Assembly (NCBI GenBank): GCA_008632985.1
Contig: QPGO01000076.1
Span: forward strand, 354,903-374,902
Length of the DNA stretch: 20,000 nucleotides
Direction: 5' to 3'
From: Psammoneis japonica
Taxonomy: Eukaryota
A model generated the notes under the pieces. That model did no database searches. It was not told the origin of the DNA and saw only the letters and a list, made by a program, of their open reading frames with translations. Made by a program: the position numbers and the translations under genes. Shown one piece after another: positions 1 through 12,304 of this stretch. Positions within the stretch are counted from its first letter, which is position 1. Every line of letters begins with the position of its first letter.

Positions 1-2641
1 GGCGTGCTTTTCGTGTCGTCCTTAGCCACGCAATAAATCGAGAGCCAATAATGTGCCTTTTGCAGTGGGTTCTTATTCAAAGGTTCGCTTTCAGATGACT
101 TGTACTTGTCGGCTACTTCAACCTCGAGTACAAGACCCGCATCCCAACCAACGCTGTCAAATCGGCTGACCTCTCCGAGCGACCGATGCTTACGCTTGTT
201 TCTGATGTTGTCACTCTTTACGTGCCCCAAAGTCCGCCGAGTCTTGTACACGACATTGGCAGCATCAACAGAATCTCGGGGATCCGGAAGATACGCAGCA
301 TTGCTCGTAGACACCCCTACAAAATCACGAGGTAGTTGTGTCCAGCCAGCATAGTCATGAGACCTTATAGAGACGTTTTGAATGTAGTTTGGAAGATTGG
401 ACACATCGGTACCATTGTCAAAGCCAAAAAGCACATAGCCGTCGAACCATGGTGGAATAGACCATCACCGTGACTCTCACGATCTACTCTGGTTGTAGCA
501 GGATAATGAGGGATGGGGAATGGAGGGATGTGAGGATTCCGGACATAGCTGCACTGTTTGCGCTTACTCTATCGCTCCCTTCAGATGTGGTGCTGCAGTT
601 ACCGATAATGCAGCCGTAACAGTGAATCGTCCACCTATTGCAATGCGAAGAAACGAAAGCAGATGACATGGTCGAGACAAAATGCTTCCAAAGGCCAGCG
701 AACCAGCCTCGTCGGGATCTGATGCGTTGGAAACATCTTCAGCGCTTGCAGTTGTTGTCCGCATTCCGTCAACCGAGATAGTTTCACTATCAATGACGCA
801 TCCCGGTGTGATTTGCTTGCGGATTCCGATAAACCCTGGGACATCCGCTTCAATCGTGATGACTAAAGATCTTCTTCGCTTTCGTTCATCCGAGAGCACA
901 GCATTCACGGCAATGGAACCGGCTGGAGTGGGCACCGTGGCGCGAACTGAAGGATTCCGAGCTGAAACAAGGGCGTAGCAACGTACTCGGCATATCCAGG
1001 AAGCAGGGACTCTATGCCACCTAATACGTTCGATAGCCACGCTGTAACTCCGGAACTCCAGGGGTGCAGTACGATGGTCTAGTCGGACCCTCATCACCTT
1101 CCGACATGAATGAAGCCCATTCTGGTGAAAACAACTCCCAGAAACAACCCCGTCCAAGCTCGAGCATGGGCTCCCAACACAACTTGATAGAAGCAATGGC
1201 GTGATCCATCATATCAGCGTTCCCAAGCGCTTGAAGGATCCAGTATTGGTTAAAAGGAGAATGGGAACATATGTTGACAGAATCGTTTAGCGCATTGTGA
1301 AAGAAAACCTTGACATCTTCATCTGTTACGATCCGGCATTGATAGCGTTTGCAGCAGAATGAACTCCGAATCCCTAGGCCACTCTGGAACTTGCCTCAGG
1401 CGGTTTCCTAAATGAAGAGTGATTGCCTCATACTTCTTTGCTTCCGGCTCCATACCTGCGAGATGTAGGGATCGCGCAAGATCTCGACACGCCCTCACAA
1501 CAAGACCTGCAAATGCAAGATGAGCCTCTCGGTTGCACTCGTCGTGAACGGCATGGCCACACCACCCATTTCCTATTCGATCGTCCCACCCAAACCAGAA
1601 AATATCCAAATTTGGTTCAAGAAAGTCCTGTATTCTCTTGTTGAGAATCGACATGCAGTCTGGAGCAAACGTTCGAAAGCCAGCAACGTCACCAGATGCC
1701 ATGAACCAATCATTTACACTCATGGTCCAATAGATTGGATAAGCCATAATTTGTTGGTCTACCACATCATGCCCATGCACATCACCACTGTTGGTTTGAT
1801 TCAGCTCGTCTCTAATGAGCTCGTAAGAGCAAACGCCACCAGTGCCGCTGCCATTGTCGGATGACCGTCTCCTTGAATCGCATCACGATCCCCTCTGTCT
1901 ATTAGAATGGAATTGAAATCATTCTCCTCAATGTTGAGCCGAACACCATACGCACCAGTGTACCATACTCGGGAAAGGGCGTCATCGGACGCGTTAAAAG
2001 ATCCCGTGTATGGATGGCTTGACTTTGGCAACTAGAGTAATCTTTGTGATGTGCCATGGCTCTTGATTTAGGGGAGCATCAAAGCAAATCCAGGTGTATC
2101 GGACGCCCTCATAGAGTTCCTTATTCGTCTCGAGTCTGTAGGTTGAACGACCATACTTTGTGAGAGCTTGTGTCTTGCCGGATAAGGTCTTCTGAATTCT
2201 GAAATGGCTGCTGATACATTTCCAGTGAGATCGGGACTCTCAAATTCCAACCATGCGGCACGTTCGACACCCCAGTCGAGAAACAAACAACCCCTGCCCT
2301 TAATCGACATGTTTGATCTCGCCCATCACCAAGGAGTGACTCTGCACCCAAGACAAAATTTTGCTGGCCGTCTTCTAGTACTTGTAGCTTGCAGGGCGAT
2401 GAACTCTATAAATCTGCGGTGGCGCGTTATAGACCGAATTGTTCCATGTGTAGCGTACAAGCGGATCCCCACTGAACGGCTGCGGTGTCCCACACGAAGA
2501 ACAAAATCCATGCAAGTCCTCAAACGGTTCTGGTGCTTCACTACTTGCAGCTCCACAAAATGACCAATTTACGCATGAAAAGAGCACGACTGCTGAACAG
2601 ACGATTAACTCGAAACAGCGACTGGACCGCGACGATGCCAT
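1..2641 (-). pseudogene. GH78 alpha-L-rhamnosidase-like secreted glycoside hydrolase; frameshifted (pseudogene or uncorrected indels), 3' end beyond the left edge
   Basis: Minus-strand ORF fragments are collinear. Signal peptide (MASSRSSRCFELIVCSAVVLFSC), then LFLDWGVERAAWLEFES, YRLETNKELYEGVRY, YTGSFNASDDALSRVWYTGAYGVRLN..ILIDRGDR, GWDDR, SPFNQYWILQALG, CFWELFSPEW, SYC/HPWSSGVTAWLS and VPTPAGSIAV. A C-terminal DGYVLFGF frame stays open to base 1. Roughly ten or more frame changes are needed to join them. Confidence 0.75.
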
Positions 2642-2989
2642 TTCGCTTTATGTTTGTTTTTCCATCATAATTCCCTTGTGGCAACGGAGAAGCATGGAAC
2701 TGGATACACTGCGATGGATCATGCTGAGTTAGAAACTCGATCGCACTTGCCGACCGACAGACGAATTATTGCGTTCGTCCACCGTCCATCCGCGTGAGGA
2801 GGTCGCCTCTTTTCGCGCTCTTGCCTTTCTTCGCCACGACAACATTCAATGGCGGCAAGTGCATGTAGGTTTTCCCAACTAGCAGCGCCCGTGATGGACA
2901 ACACAAAACATACAGTGTAGGAGTACAAAGCAAAAAAAAGTGAGCGCTGATGAATCTGATGACCACATTTTCCCCAATTTGTCAAGGAT

Positions 2990-3130
2990 GTGAATAAATA
3001 AATACAAATTTGAATATATTGTTAATTTCACATCAATTAAAGGTTTATCAGGTAATAATAATTATTATTTATAGACGTTCCCGCCATTAACATAAATACT
3101 TTCTAAAAGCTGGATATGTATTATGAAATT
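2990..3130. promoter_or_regulatory. AT-rich island between divergently oriented genes (possible shared promoter region)
   Basis: Abrupt very AT-rich stretch (gaataaataaatacaaatttgaatatatt...ataataattattatttatag) between the GH78 start (2641, minus) and the glycosyltransferase start (3238, plus). Function is inferred from position only. Confidence 0.3.
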
Positions 3131-3237
3131 CAAAAAGCAAACAGTGGAGACAAAAACAACTTCACAAAAACAACAAAAATACCGATCAACCTCACAACAT
3201 ATCTTGATCTCATTCCATTTCAAAAGAGCCAAGCACC

Positions 3238-4619
3238 ATGGATCATTTGGGCTTACGCATGCTTATTGCTGCGGTGTGTTCCTTTCTTGTATTTACAAAC
3301 GCCATGTATTTCCTTGCCGGGACAGCAGCGGTTGAACGTGATGGTGAAGTGTCAAAACAAGATAAAACCGCCGCCAAGAAAACCAAAGGAACAAGAAGCG
3401 AGTCTTCTGACAATGACTTGAAACTCGTTATCTGTGCTCGTGTGCGGTACGTCAAAGAGCTACACGTAAATATAGCTGCGGCGCTAATTTGCTACGCTTT
3501 CAGAGTCCGATGTTCCTCACGTATATTTGTCCCGTTCTCGTCTATTTTATAAACAGAAACGAGGCCCCATATCTTGAAGAGTGGATCGAACATCACCGAA
3601 TGATTGGCTTTGACTCTTTTTTGCTGCTCAATCACGAAAGCTCGGATTCGACACAGTGTGTTTTAGACTCGTATGCAGAGCAAGGCATTGTGACTCGGCT
3701 TCCCGACGACATTGACAAGGACAGCTACCACAGTGGTGGAGAAAGCGCCGTCTTTACCTCATGTGCCAATCATTTGTTGAAACAAAAAGAGGCGAATCGG
3801 ACGTGGATGTTGACTCAAGATCCGGACGAATTTGTTTGGTTTAACGTAAGGTTTGGTGTTCCAACCATCAAGCATGCTGTGTGGTTGATGCTAAAATCCA
3901 ACAGTTTGACAAGGAGCGTGCGTATTCCTAGACTTACGTTTGGCGCTTCTGGTCAAGAGAAGTATGAAAATGAAATGGTGATGAAACGCTTTACTCGTCG
4001 TTTCGAGGTTAAGAATTGCCCTCGTGGTGGCAAGCACCAACAGCATCGACGATTGTTTAACAAAACCGCACCGAATTCGTACTGCGAAACGCACCATACT
4101 CGACATTCCTTTGACAATACCAAGAGTATGACTTTGGTGACAGAAATGGCACTGAAATGCCGTCGTCTTGAGACCAAGCGAAAAAAGACGAAAATGAGCA
4201 GAGCCAAGTGCCACAATCCTCACAGACACAAACTGGCCGATGATGTATCGACCAAAATCGCAACCTTTACCGACGGCAAACAAGAGGCTTCCGATCCAAG
4301 GTATCTTGATGAAAAGGTTGTTGGAGACGATATACAGATATTTCATTATAGGACCAAGAGTCGACAAGAATTTTATGAACGAACCTGTGCATCCGAATTC
4401 GTGGACAAGTTTCGTCGATGCAAGGGCTGCTCACCGGCGAGCTACTTTGACTTGTTCCAAACCTACGCCAACAACTACCAAGATGATCGAATGCTTCACT
4501 TTGCCCAAGCCCTTGAACAACAAATGGCATCTGAACCGAGTATCGTGTCTCATTGTGATACAAGGCCACGAAAAGTGTCTCGTCAATTCATAAAAAAGTG
4601 CTTGAAGCCGCAGAAATAG
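3238..4619 (+). CDS. Type II membrane glycosyltransferase, GT2-like/GT92 (DUF23) family; exons 3238-3446 and 3557-4619, about 423 aa
   Basis: N-terminal hydrophobic anchor (LRMLIAAVCSFLVFTNAMYFLAG). The GT..AG intron 3447-3556 joins CG+A to give ICARVRNEAPYLEEWIEHH..GFD.F, the typical GT2_4/GT92 start. DxD motif DPDEF and the late IFHYRTKSRQEF motif are present. Confidence 0.8.
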
Positions 4620-4790
4620 CGCGCCACGAGTAGTAGCATGATCGTCATTCCCTTTAGTTAGTAAGCTTGCTGTCCTTCGTCTTGGAGTACTATTTCTAAA
4701 GCAAGCAAGATGACACATTTTAGTATAAATTAAACTAAACCACGTTACGCCCTGCCATGTTTATGATACACCCGAAGTGAGAGGGGAGCC

Positions 4791-4960
4791 TCGCTCTACT
4801 CTACTCTCTACCGTACCGTAGCTAGTAGAGTAAAGGGTAGAGAATACCTTTAGCTACTAGCTAGTAGGATGGCCTAATAAGTACTAGCTAGAGTAGCTAG
4901 CTCTACTCTAGCTAGAGTAGAGACTAGCTAGCTAGGCTCTAGAGTAGATAGAGAGTTCTC
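4791..4960. repeat. TAG/CTA-rich low-complexity patch containing a 22-bp perfect palindrome (4901-4922)
   Basis: Built from ctag/agtag/ctact units. CTCTACTCTAGCTAGAGTAGAG is self-complementary, and 13-bp arms at 4884-4896 and 4903-4915 also pair. Confidence 0.8.
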
Positions 4961-5507
4961 GTTAGATGAGCTCATATCCTGAATTCGATTCGGGTTGGTC
5001 GGATAGATCGGGGTGATGTGTGAACGTTCCCATCCAAGCGCCGACAGACTTCAACTTGGCGTAGATTCTACGTGGAACCAATACTGACGCAAGTTGATGG
5101 AGCAGTGACGCGTGGAGCCGCACAAATTCGTAGAGTAGAAAAAACGACAAACGAAAAAAGCAACGAGTGATTGCTGCTGTTGTTCTTGAATCTCCTTTAT
5201 TTCTTCGAGAGAGCGCAACAACAAGTGTGACGTGAGCATCAAACTCTATTGCTGCTCCTTTGACCATTTAGTTTTAGATCTTGAATTAATTTTGTGGGTT
5301 AAATTACCGTGAATCCCCGACGTCTTTCATCTTTCGACGGTATGTACAGAAAACGGGTGTTTTTGTTTGATGGCTCGAGAAAGACGAGTGAAGCAGGAGA
5401 AAAAATCGGAGGCTGCTGAACTGAACGTGTTGAAACTCACTAGTTCTTTGTTCACTCATTTACGTTGTTGATGCTTGCAGTACGAAAGTAAATAATCACA
5501 TTACAAA

Positions 5508-8500
5508 ATGAAGTTTCACTCGGCAGCCCTCGCTACGTTGGTGGCCGCAACAGCTTCGAATGAAGTGGCTAGTTTCGCCATGCTACCGTCTCCTACAAAA
5601 ATGGGCAGTGCGTTTGTTCCACGCACAGTCCTTTCCGCTACAGTTTCGTCTACGCCTCCTCCTACTCGAGGATCCATGAGCATGTTTTCACTCGCGGGTG
5701 GTGGTATCGAAGAGCTTCAGACACTGGTCGACGCATCTCCCAAGGTGACAAAGCAAATTGTTGTGAAATCTCCAAAAATGTGGAAAATTGCAGGCCTGGC
5801 CACGATTCCAGTGTCTGCCGCCTTGGGCTTTGGATTGGTCCCCGCCTCGGGGATTGCAGCCAACACGGTAGGTGCCATGGTATCGGGTATTGCGGGCGCC
5901 GTGGGCAAGTCGAAAATGGATGAAATGGCAGAGACGGCTGCGAAACCGGCACTTGCGCAAGTTTTGATTGACAATGGTGTCGATGAGCCATCTGTTACAC
6001 ACGAGGCTGTCCTACAAGTCCAACAAGACTATGGAGTCTTGGAGGAAGACTTTACGGCCTTGTGCACAGACATTTACGCAAAATACCTATTGGGCATGGT
6101 GAAACACAATATGGAACCTAGCACACGGGAACTCAAGGAACTGGATAAGCTCAAGCAGTGTCTTGGCTTGGAGAATCTTGCCGTCGGTGAGGCCCATGCC
6201 GCTGCTGCGGCTGAATGGTACAGAACCACCACTCTTGTAACTCCCGAGGAAGAGTTGGACGACCCAGAGCATCCTGATCGTGTTGCCATGGACAAGATGC
6301 TGTTCCTCACGGAAGGAGTTTTGCGACAGGGAGGCGAGACACAAGAAGCGTTTACGTATGAAATGACTAGAGTGGCCAAGGCAATGAATCTTTCTCTGTT
6401 GACTGCAATGGATCATGTTTCGGACGTGACTGAACCGTTTTACATGAAGGCCCTCAAGTCTGTTCGGGCAAAGCTGGACAGCGACAAGGTTTCGCCAGAA
6501 ATGCTACAGCGTGCCCGCAACACCTTGGGCTTGTCGGAAAGTACAGCAAAAGACCTGCACATTAGTGCTCTCAACGACGATGTCAGAGAACTTTTAGGAA
6601 AAGTCGACAAGGATGGAAACGAGGTCAAGACCGAGGATATGGATGACTTGAAATTCTCACAAGATGCGATTGAGCGCGTAAGTTTGGTGCCTTGCATGTT
6701 CTTCGTTTCATACGTTGTGTATTGATATGTCCTTATTCTTTCGCCGTTTGGACTACTCTTTCTCTTACAGCTTGCAAGACTCTCCCAAGTTTTCGGATTG
6801 TCTGAAGCTGACGTTGAGTACGAAGTCACGGTTGAAGCGACGCCTCTATTCCAACAGACTGCTCTGGCTGCCATGAAGGACGTCCTGGCCGGAAGCAAGA
6901 CCCCCGATGAAGCCTGGACTCTATTGGAAAAACGCCGCGAGGAACTCTTGTTGATGGAGAGCAGCTCAAAGGATTTGTTGAGCTCCATGGTAATGCAGGC
7001 TCTTGGTGGTCCTCTCGAGGAAACCAACAAGTTTGCCAAGGTCAACAACGAGGCCGCGACCTATGAACACTTGTTGGAAGCGCTCGAGGCAAAGGAAGCT
7101 CTTATTGCTGTCTTGTCGAAAAGTGGCTTTGACGAGTTTGAAAAGTTTGACGAGACCTTTTGTGATCCCCGGAACAAAAATTCTGCTTGTGGATTCCTGG
7201 AAGACACGGAACGTCTCAAAATGTATAAGATCTTTTTGATCAGGACCGTACGTAAGAGCGAGGATGGTAAGCTCACCAAGGAAATGTACGATAAGGTCAT
7301 GGAGGTGAAGGGCTTGCTGGGAATTACCGATGCCGAAGCTGAGAATGAAGCCAGAACCTCCTTTGGACCTGAATTGCAAAAGGCGATGAAGACGGCCATG
7401 GCTGAGATTCTAGATGATTACACTCCAGAGCTTGCCAAAAACCTCAAGAAGAACATTGAGGAAGTAATGGACAGCTACAAGCTATCGACCCAGTTTTTGG
7501 AAGAAATTGGTAGTGGTTTGTACGCAAAGGCTGTTGCTATTGTTAGCGAGAAGGTACGTGCACAAGATTTCCTGGAGAGCACATACATTTTTTCTGAGTT
7601 GTCGTTGGGTTTTGCTCACATGCGCTCATGTTCGAATATATAGACCCCGGCTGGGGTTCCAACGGAAGAGCAGAACGCTGCTCTTGATGCCTTGCGATCG
7701 TTGTTTCAGTTGGAGAAGGAGGACACCTACGCCGCTCACATTAATTCCTTCGCCCCGGTATACAAAAAGAGCGTTTTGGAATCCATGGGCAGCACGGGCG
7801 TGATTCTCCCTGAGTTCAGAAAGCCGTTGGAAGAGCTCCGTGACAGACTTGGTGTTTCAGAAGAATCGACAAAGAGTATTTTCTTGGATGCAGTCCGAGA
7901 AAAGATGGTGCCAATGGTTGAATGGATTGCAAGTGAGCTGGAGCGAACTATGCTTACGCAACAACAACTCTCACATCGACGCAAGAAGGATATGGGCGAA
8001 GATCTCTTCCAAACTGGCAAGGGCGCAACGGTAAGGATGTTGAAGCGTTCACTTGCAGAGATTTTACGACTGTTAGATATACCCATTAACGTTCGTCGCC
8101 CTTTATTCTTTCTTCTTCTTGACAGGGGGTTCTTGGTCTTGGCGCGGAGGCAAACATTATGAGTGATATTATGAATCTTGTTGACTTCTACTTGGAGAAT
8201 GATATTTGCGAGCAAAAGGAGGTTGGAACAAAGACTTTCGAAAAGAGAATCCCTGCCGAGGAGGAGGACGGCGAGGACGAAATTGTCGAGGAAGAAGTGC
8301 CCGTGTTTGAAACGACTTATCCTGTGACGGCTCTCGGCGAAGATTGCATTGACAATGAGATTGCCGAATTGCTTTATCGTCAGTTTGTAGTAGGAGGCTT
8401 CACAACGCAGGGTCCACAGGGAGAGCGATACGAGGGTGCCAAGGCCACCTTTGGTGGAATCTTGGGATTGACGAGCGAAAAGATGGAAGAGATTGGCAGC

Positions 8501-9190
8501 AACATTGGAAGCACGGTTTACGACAACTTTGTAACCAACGCCATGAAGACCAAGGGTGAAATGGACCAACAGGACTTGATGTTCTTGGCCAATATCCAGT
8601 CCAAACTCGGTCTCTCGTCAGAGCAGGGCGAGAAAATGTTGATGGCTTCTCAACGAAAGGTTCTGAGCGAAGAAGTCGATGCGCTCATGGACGAGCCTAC
8701 CCCACAAGGCGTCAAGGCCTTCCGTGAAAAGTGCAATTCCATTGGCATGAGTCTTTCGGAGGACGTTGGTATTTCCAAGACGCGCTTGTCCCGCATGTTC
8801 GAAGCCGAAGTCATTCCTCCACTCAAGTCGGGTGAGGTTTCTACCGAGAATGGCGGTGAGTTGGTGCGAGAAGTCCAAGAGAGTCTTGGACTAGAGCAAG
8901 AAGAAACAGAGCGATTGTTTGAAGGCATGTTGATGAAACTCTCCAGCACGGCGTATGACTTGATCAAGGGTGAATTGATGCGTGGCCGTCAAGACACAGC
9001 GGTTGAACCAATCAAAGAATTGGTCCGCTATGCCGCCTTTGTGGAGGGCGATCTTGACTTGGACGTGCCGGAAGCACTTGCGAACCAAATTTACAACGTA
9101 TACGATGCACTGGACTTTAGTGACCAAGACAGCGAAACCGTAGAAGCAAACAAGGAGTTGCTCAAAACCACGCTGGGACTGTCATCATGA
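5508..9190 (+). CDS. TIC110: Tic110-like plastid inner-envelope protein-import component; exons 5508-6677, 6771-7553, 7644-8030, 8126-9190, about 1134 aa
   Basis: Three phase-0 GT-AG introns (93, 90, 95 bp) join the four ORFs in frame. The bipartite presequence has a signal peptide ending VAS-FAM (ASAFAP-like) and a Ser/Thr-rich transit peptide. Two N-proximal hydrophobic helices are followed by a long acidic helical region with repeated 'L...LGL' units, matching Tic110 architecture. Confidence 0.75.
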
Positions 9191-9818
9191 AACTAAGGGG
9201 GAGAACAGTACTTTATTTTGTAGAGAGATTAGCAAGAGTTTTAATAGCTTATATCTGTGATTTATATAGTTTACTAGGCCTGTACACTGCAGTTTTAGGG
9301 CTATTCTTGCCCGTCCGCGCCCATGTGAAACCTTACCATTTTTACCAATGATGTGGTTTAGTAAGAGCAAAAGATTGACTCGGACGACTGAAACTGCGAC
9401 ATGCGCGACCGCCGATTGATAATGTACGGCAAACTACGTAGATTTCTACGGTGGACGATCAAGTCTGAGCTTTTCGTTCTCATTTCTCATTCTGCAAACG
9501 TCTTATTGTTTCTTGTTGTTGGTTGTTACCTTCGTTGAGCATCCCCATAAGCGCAACGATACACTTATTCTATCGCCATTGATAACATAAGCCTTTTTGG
9601 GTGATACGCGGGGTCTGCTTTTTGTTTACTTTTGTGAATGCGAAAATTACCGAAAGCTTGGGAATACCGGTACAGCTATCACGGACAAGAACTCACGTAA
9701 AAGTCTGAGTTAAAGAAGATCGGATCAAACACCTCGGTTTCTTACGTGCAGAGAGAGCGCTTTATTGAACGATTCTGTCTTTATCTGATATAGAGACAGA
9801 GACGCGGAGAGTACTAAA

Positions 9819-10268
9819 ATGAGTTTTTCCAATCATCCTCTGCAACCACCCGCGAAAAGACCTCGAAGCACGCACTCTTTTCATCCCAACAAGAACAACA
9901 CGTCCAAGCGCCCTCGAGATTCCGCTGCCGTCGAAGACGACCCGAGCCACTCATTCAAGAGAATGCGTATCGAAGAATATGCTTCTGTTACAGCAGTACG
10001 AGATGATGAACACAACATGATGATTGACGAAAACGAAGAGCAGCACCACCGACAACAAGTTCCGGGACAAGACACGAGCTCGGATCATAGCAAGCCTGCA
10101 TCAACAAAGGTAGAAGAACCCAATAAAACGCCCGTAAAGGATTACTCCCAAGTCAATCACGTGTTGGGTAGTTTGCACCAAGAACGAATGCGACGACAAG
10201 AGCGAGGAGATGCGAAAACAAAGAAGCGTCACGTCAAGAAGCTGCCCAGTAATTCTCAATTGTATTGA
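9819..10268 (+). CDS. Small hypothetical, probably nuclear, low-complexity protein (149 aa)
   Basis: Single ATG-TGA ORF with NLS-like clusters (PAKRPR, KRPR, FKRMRI, KTKKRHVKK) and a helical motif DYSQVNHVLGSLHQERMRR. Confidence 0.6.
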   Translation: MSFSNHPLQPPAKRPRSTHSFHPNKNNTSKRPRDSAAVEDDPSHSFKRMRIEEYASVTAVRDDEHNMMIDENEEQHHRQQVPGQDTSSDHSKPASTKVEEPNKTPVKDYSQVNHVLGSLHQERMRRQERGDAKTKKRHVKKLPSNSQLY

Positions 10269-10801
10269 ACGCCATTACGGAAGAACGCGCAAGCACGCCG
10301 CTTTGAATACGGTAGCTATAGTCTAGAGACATCTTCAAACTGTACGTAGCGACTACCTGATAGGCCTAGAGTCAGATATGTAGTTTCAGATCTGCCAGAA
10401 AAAGGTTTTGCGAAAGGATATGCCAGCTGTTGCGGATGAACTTTCCGGAGGATACTGATCACAGCACGCTCTCTAGTTGCGGTGACTCTTGAGAGACTTG
10501 CATTTAGGCCGGCTTTTATTTACCAAGAAGCACGTTTGAGCGCTCGAATGATGTCTCTCTAGTCAGCACGCATAAGTAGCCCGGTGTTGAGTGACATGGT
10601 CGTGCGCAACTTCGAATGCCAGGGCCAGCGAAATGTTATAAGGATACAGCTTGAGAACGCAAGAAGAAATGATCTTTGCTTTTATGTATTGTGTTTCTGT
10701 GTATAACATGACTAGCATTGTTCTTGCGCAGTGTTTATTCATTTTCTCATTCTCCCTTTCACCATGCAGTGATGGCCTTTGCAATCACACATGGCAATCT
10801 C

Positions 10802-11985
10802 TCAAAAGTCCTCAGTGACTGTAATGCAGCGAGTGTTCACAGCATCCTTTAAGTAGAAGAGGAAGTCGTCACACTCGTTCTCTGCAACATTCTCAGTCCC
10901 ATCATTGGAGCACAGCGATAAATCCAAGGTGTTGATGTCGTCGTACAGAAAAGTGCCCGCTGCGCCCCCCTCAAACGCCATGTTCTGCTCAAACACACTC
11001 TCCGCAATAGTCAATCGAGGCATTTGCCCTATCGTAGTCGCCAAATACCCACCGCCGAAACTCGCAGTGTTCTCTTCAAAGGATGTTTTGTATATGGAAA
11101 TACGCTGTCCCGCCGTGAGAGATGTCGGTGAGGTAAGGGTTGTCAGGAGACCTCCTCCGCCAGTGCCAGAAGCGTTGTTACCAAAAAACTCACTAGACGT
11201 AATGACAACATCCAAGGCATCCTCCACATACACACCTCCACCTCCTGGAGCATCGCCTTCGGCAAACCTGCTCTTGTCTACCAAAACACCGCCGGTTGTC
11301 CGAATAAACAAGTTTCCACCACTTAATTGGTGTTGGCCTCTTTCAAATCTACATTCTAAAATACGATGCGTACCGCTGGAGATGATTTCGACATTTCCTC
11401 CGCCTCGTCCTTCCCCAGTGCTACCTCCTCGAATGTCCATCTTGGCCATTGTAAAGTCTTGACCCGTTACGACAAGATTCCGATCCGAAGACGTTGTGCT
11501 GCTCTCTATGATGCAATTCTCCGATTCGCAGCACAAGTAAATGCCAGACTGAGTAACACGGACGGCGAAAGGAGTAGTGATTGTGTTTGATCCGCAGAGA
11601 GAAACAACCGAATTTGGGCCTGCTCTATCCAGCTCCGTCTGAAGGCTCGCGAAGTTCGAGACACAAGCTCCCGTTGTTGGCGTGCAGGCCGGGACAGGAG
11701 TTGGAGCGGCGGAGGTCCACAATTTGGGACTGATACACTCATCATTCCAACATTCTCTAAGAGTCTTTGCCAAAAGACATCGTTTTCGTCATGGTTGATA
11801 TCCCTCTCGTCATCCTGTTCGAAAGTGTTACGGAGCATGGAAGAAACAGCTTTCTTTCCACTGTTCCGCCTTGAAGGGATGTTGTTTTGTCGCATGTCAC
11901 CATCACTGAGCGCCAAGATCATCCCCAGGAGAAGCCTTACCGGTAAGCAAAGAGCAAACCCCGTCATTGTAGCGGAATGTTGCAT
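10802..11985 (-). CDS. Secreted right-handed beta-helix (pectin-lyase-like/POMP-type GG..FxxN repeat) protein; one frameshift near 11715-11725
   Basis: Signal peptide and pro-region (FWQRLLENVGMMS) lie in ORF 11506-12027. The frame then switches to ORF 10802-11773: SAAPTPVP linker, Cys-rich cap, and repeats GGGNV, GGNLF, GGGGVY, FFGNNA..GGGGL, FEENTASFGGG, FEQNMAFEGGA. Start is ATG 11985 or 11967. Confidence 0.65.
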
Positions 11986-12304
11986 GTGATGTTGCGATCT
12001 GGATTGTTCGCAGAAAAATGTGAGCAAGCGATACCTTTTCAGTTGAAATTCAAAATATCGTTGTTAAGTACACATTTTATATGTACCGTATATTAGCAAT
12101 TTCTATTTCAATTTAATAAAGAATTAATAATTATATTAACGGTTGATAATCATACAGTCATGACCATTGATCCTCGCACCACTTTAGAGCGAGGATGGTT
12201 GCAGTAAACGACGAGGGATGGAGGCGGGGGCATCCCTCCTTCTTCCTTCTCAGTTGGTAAGCTCATGCACTTGGAAACCACATGCAGTGAGAAAGTGGTG
12301 CATA

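Noticed and set aside
2990..3130. AT-rich islands (also 12040-12150) as diatom centromere-like sequence
   Set aside because: Only 110-140 bp long and located directly upstream of genes, so promoter-type DNA is the simpler reading.
4791..4960. CRISPR array or telomeric repeat
   Set aside because: No constant repeat-spacer period and no regular tandem TTAGGG-like unit; the context is eukaryotic intergenic DNA.
5662..9127. Long antisense ORFs (e.g. 6440-7048, 7736-8569) and the 10905-11462 plus-strand ORF
   Set aside because: Shadow ORFs opposite real genes; some cross introns and none has recognisable motifs.
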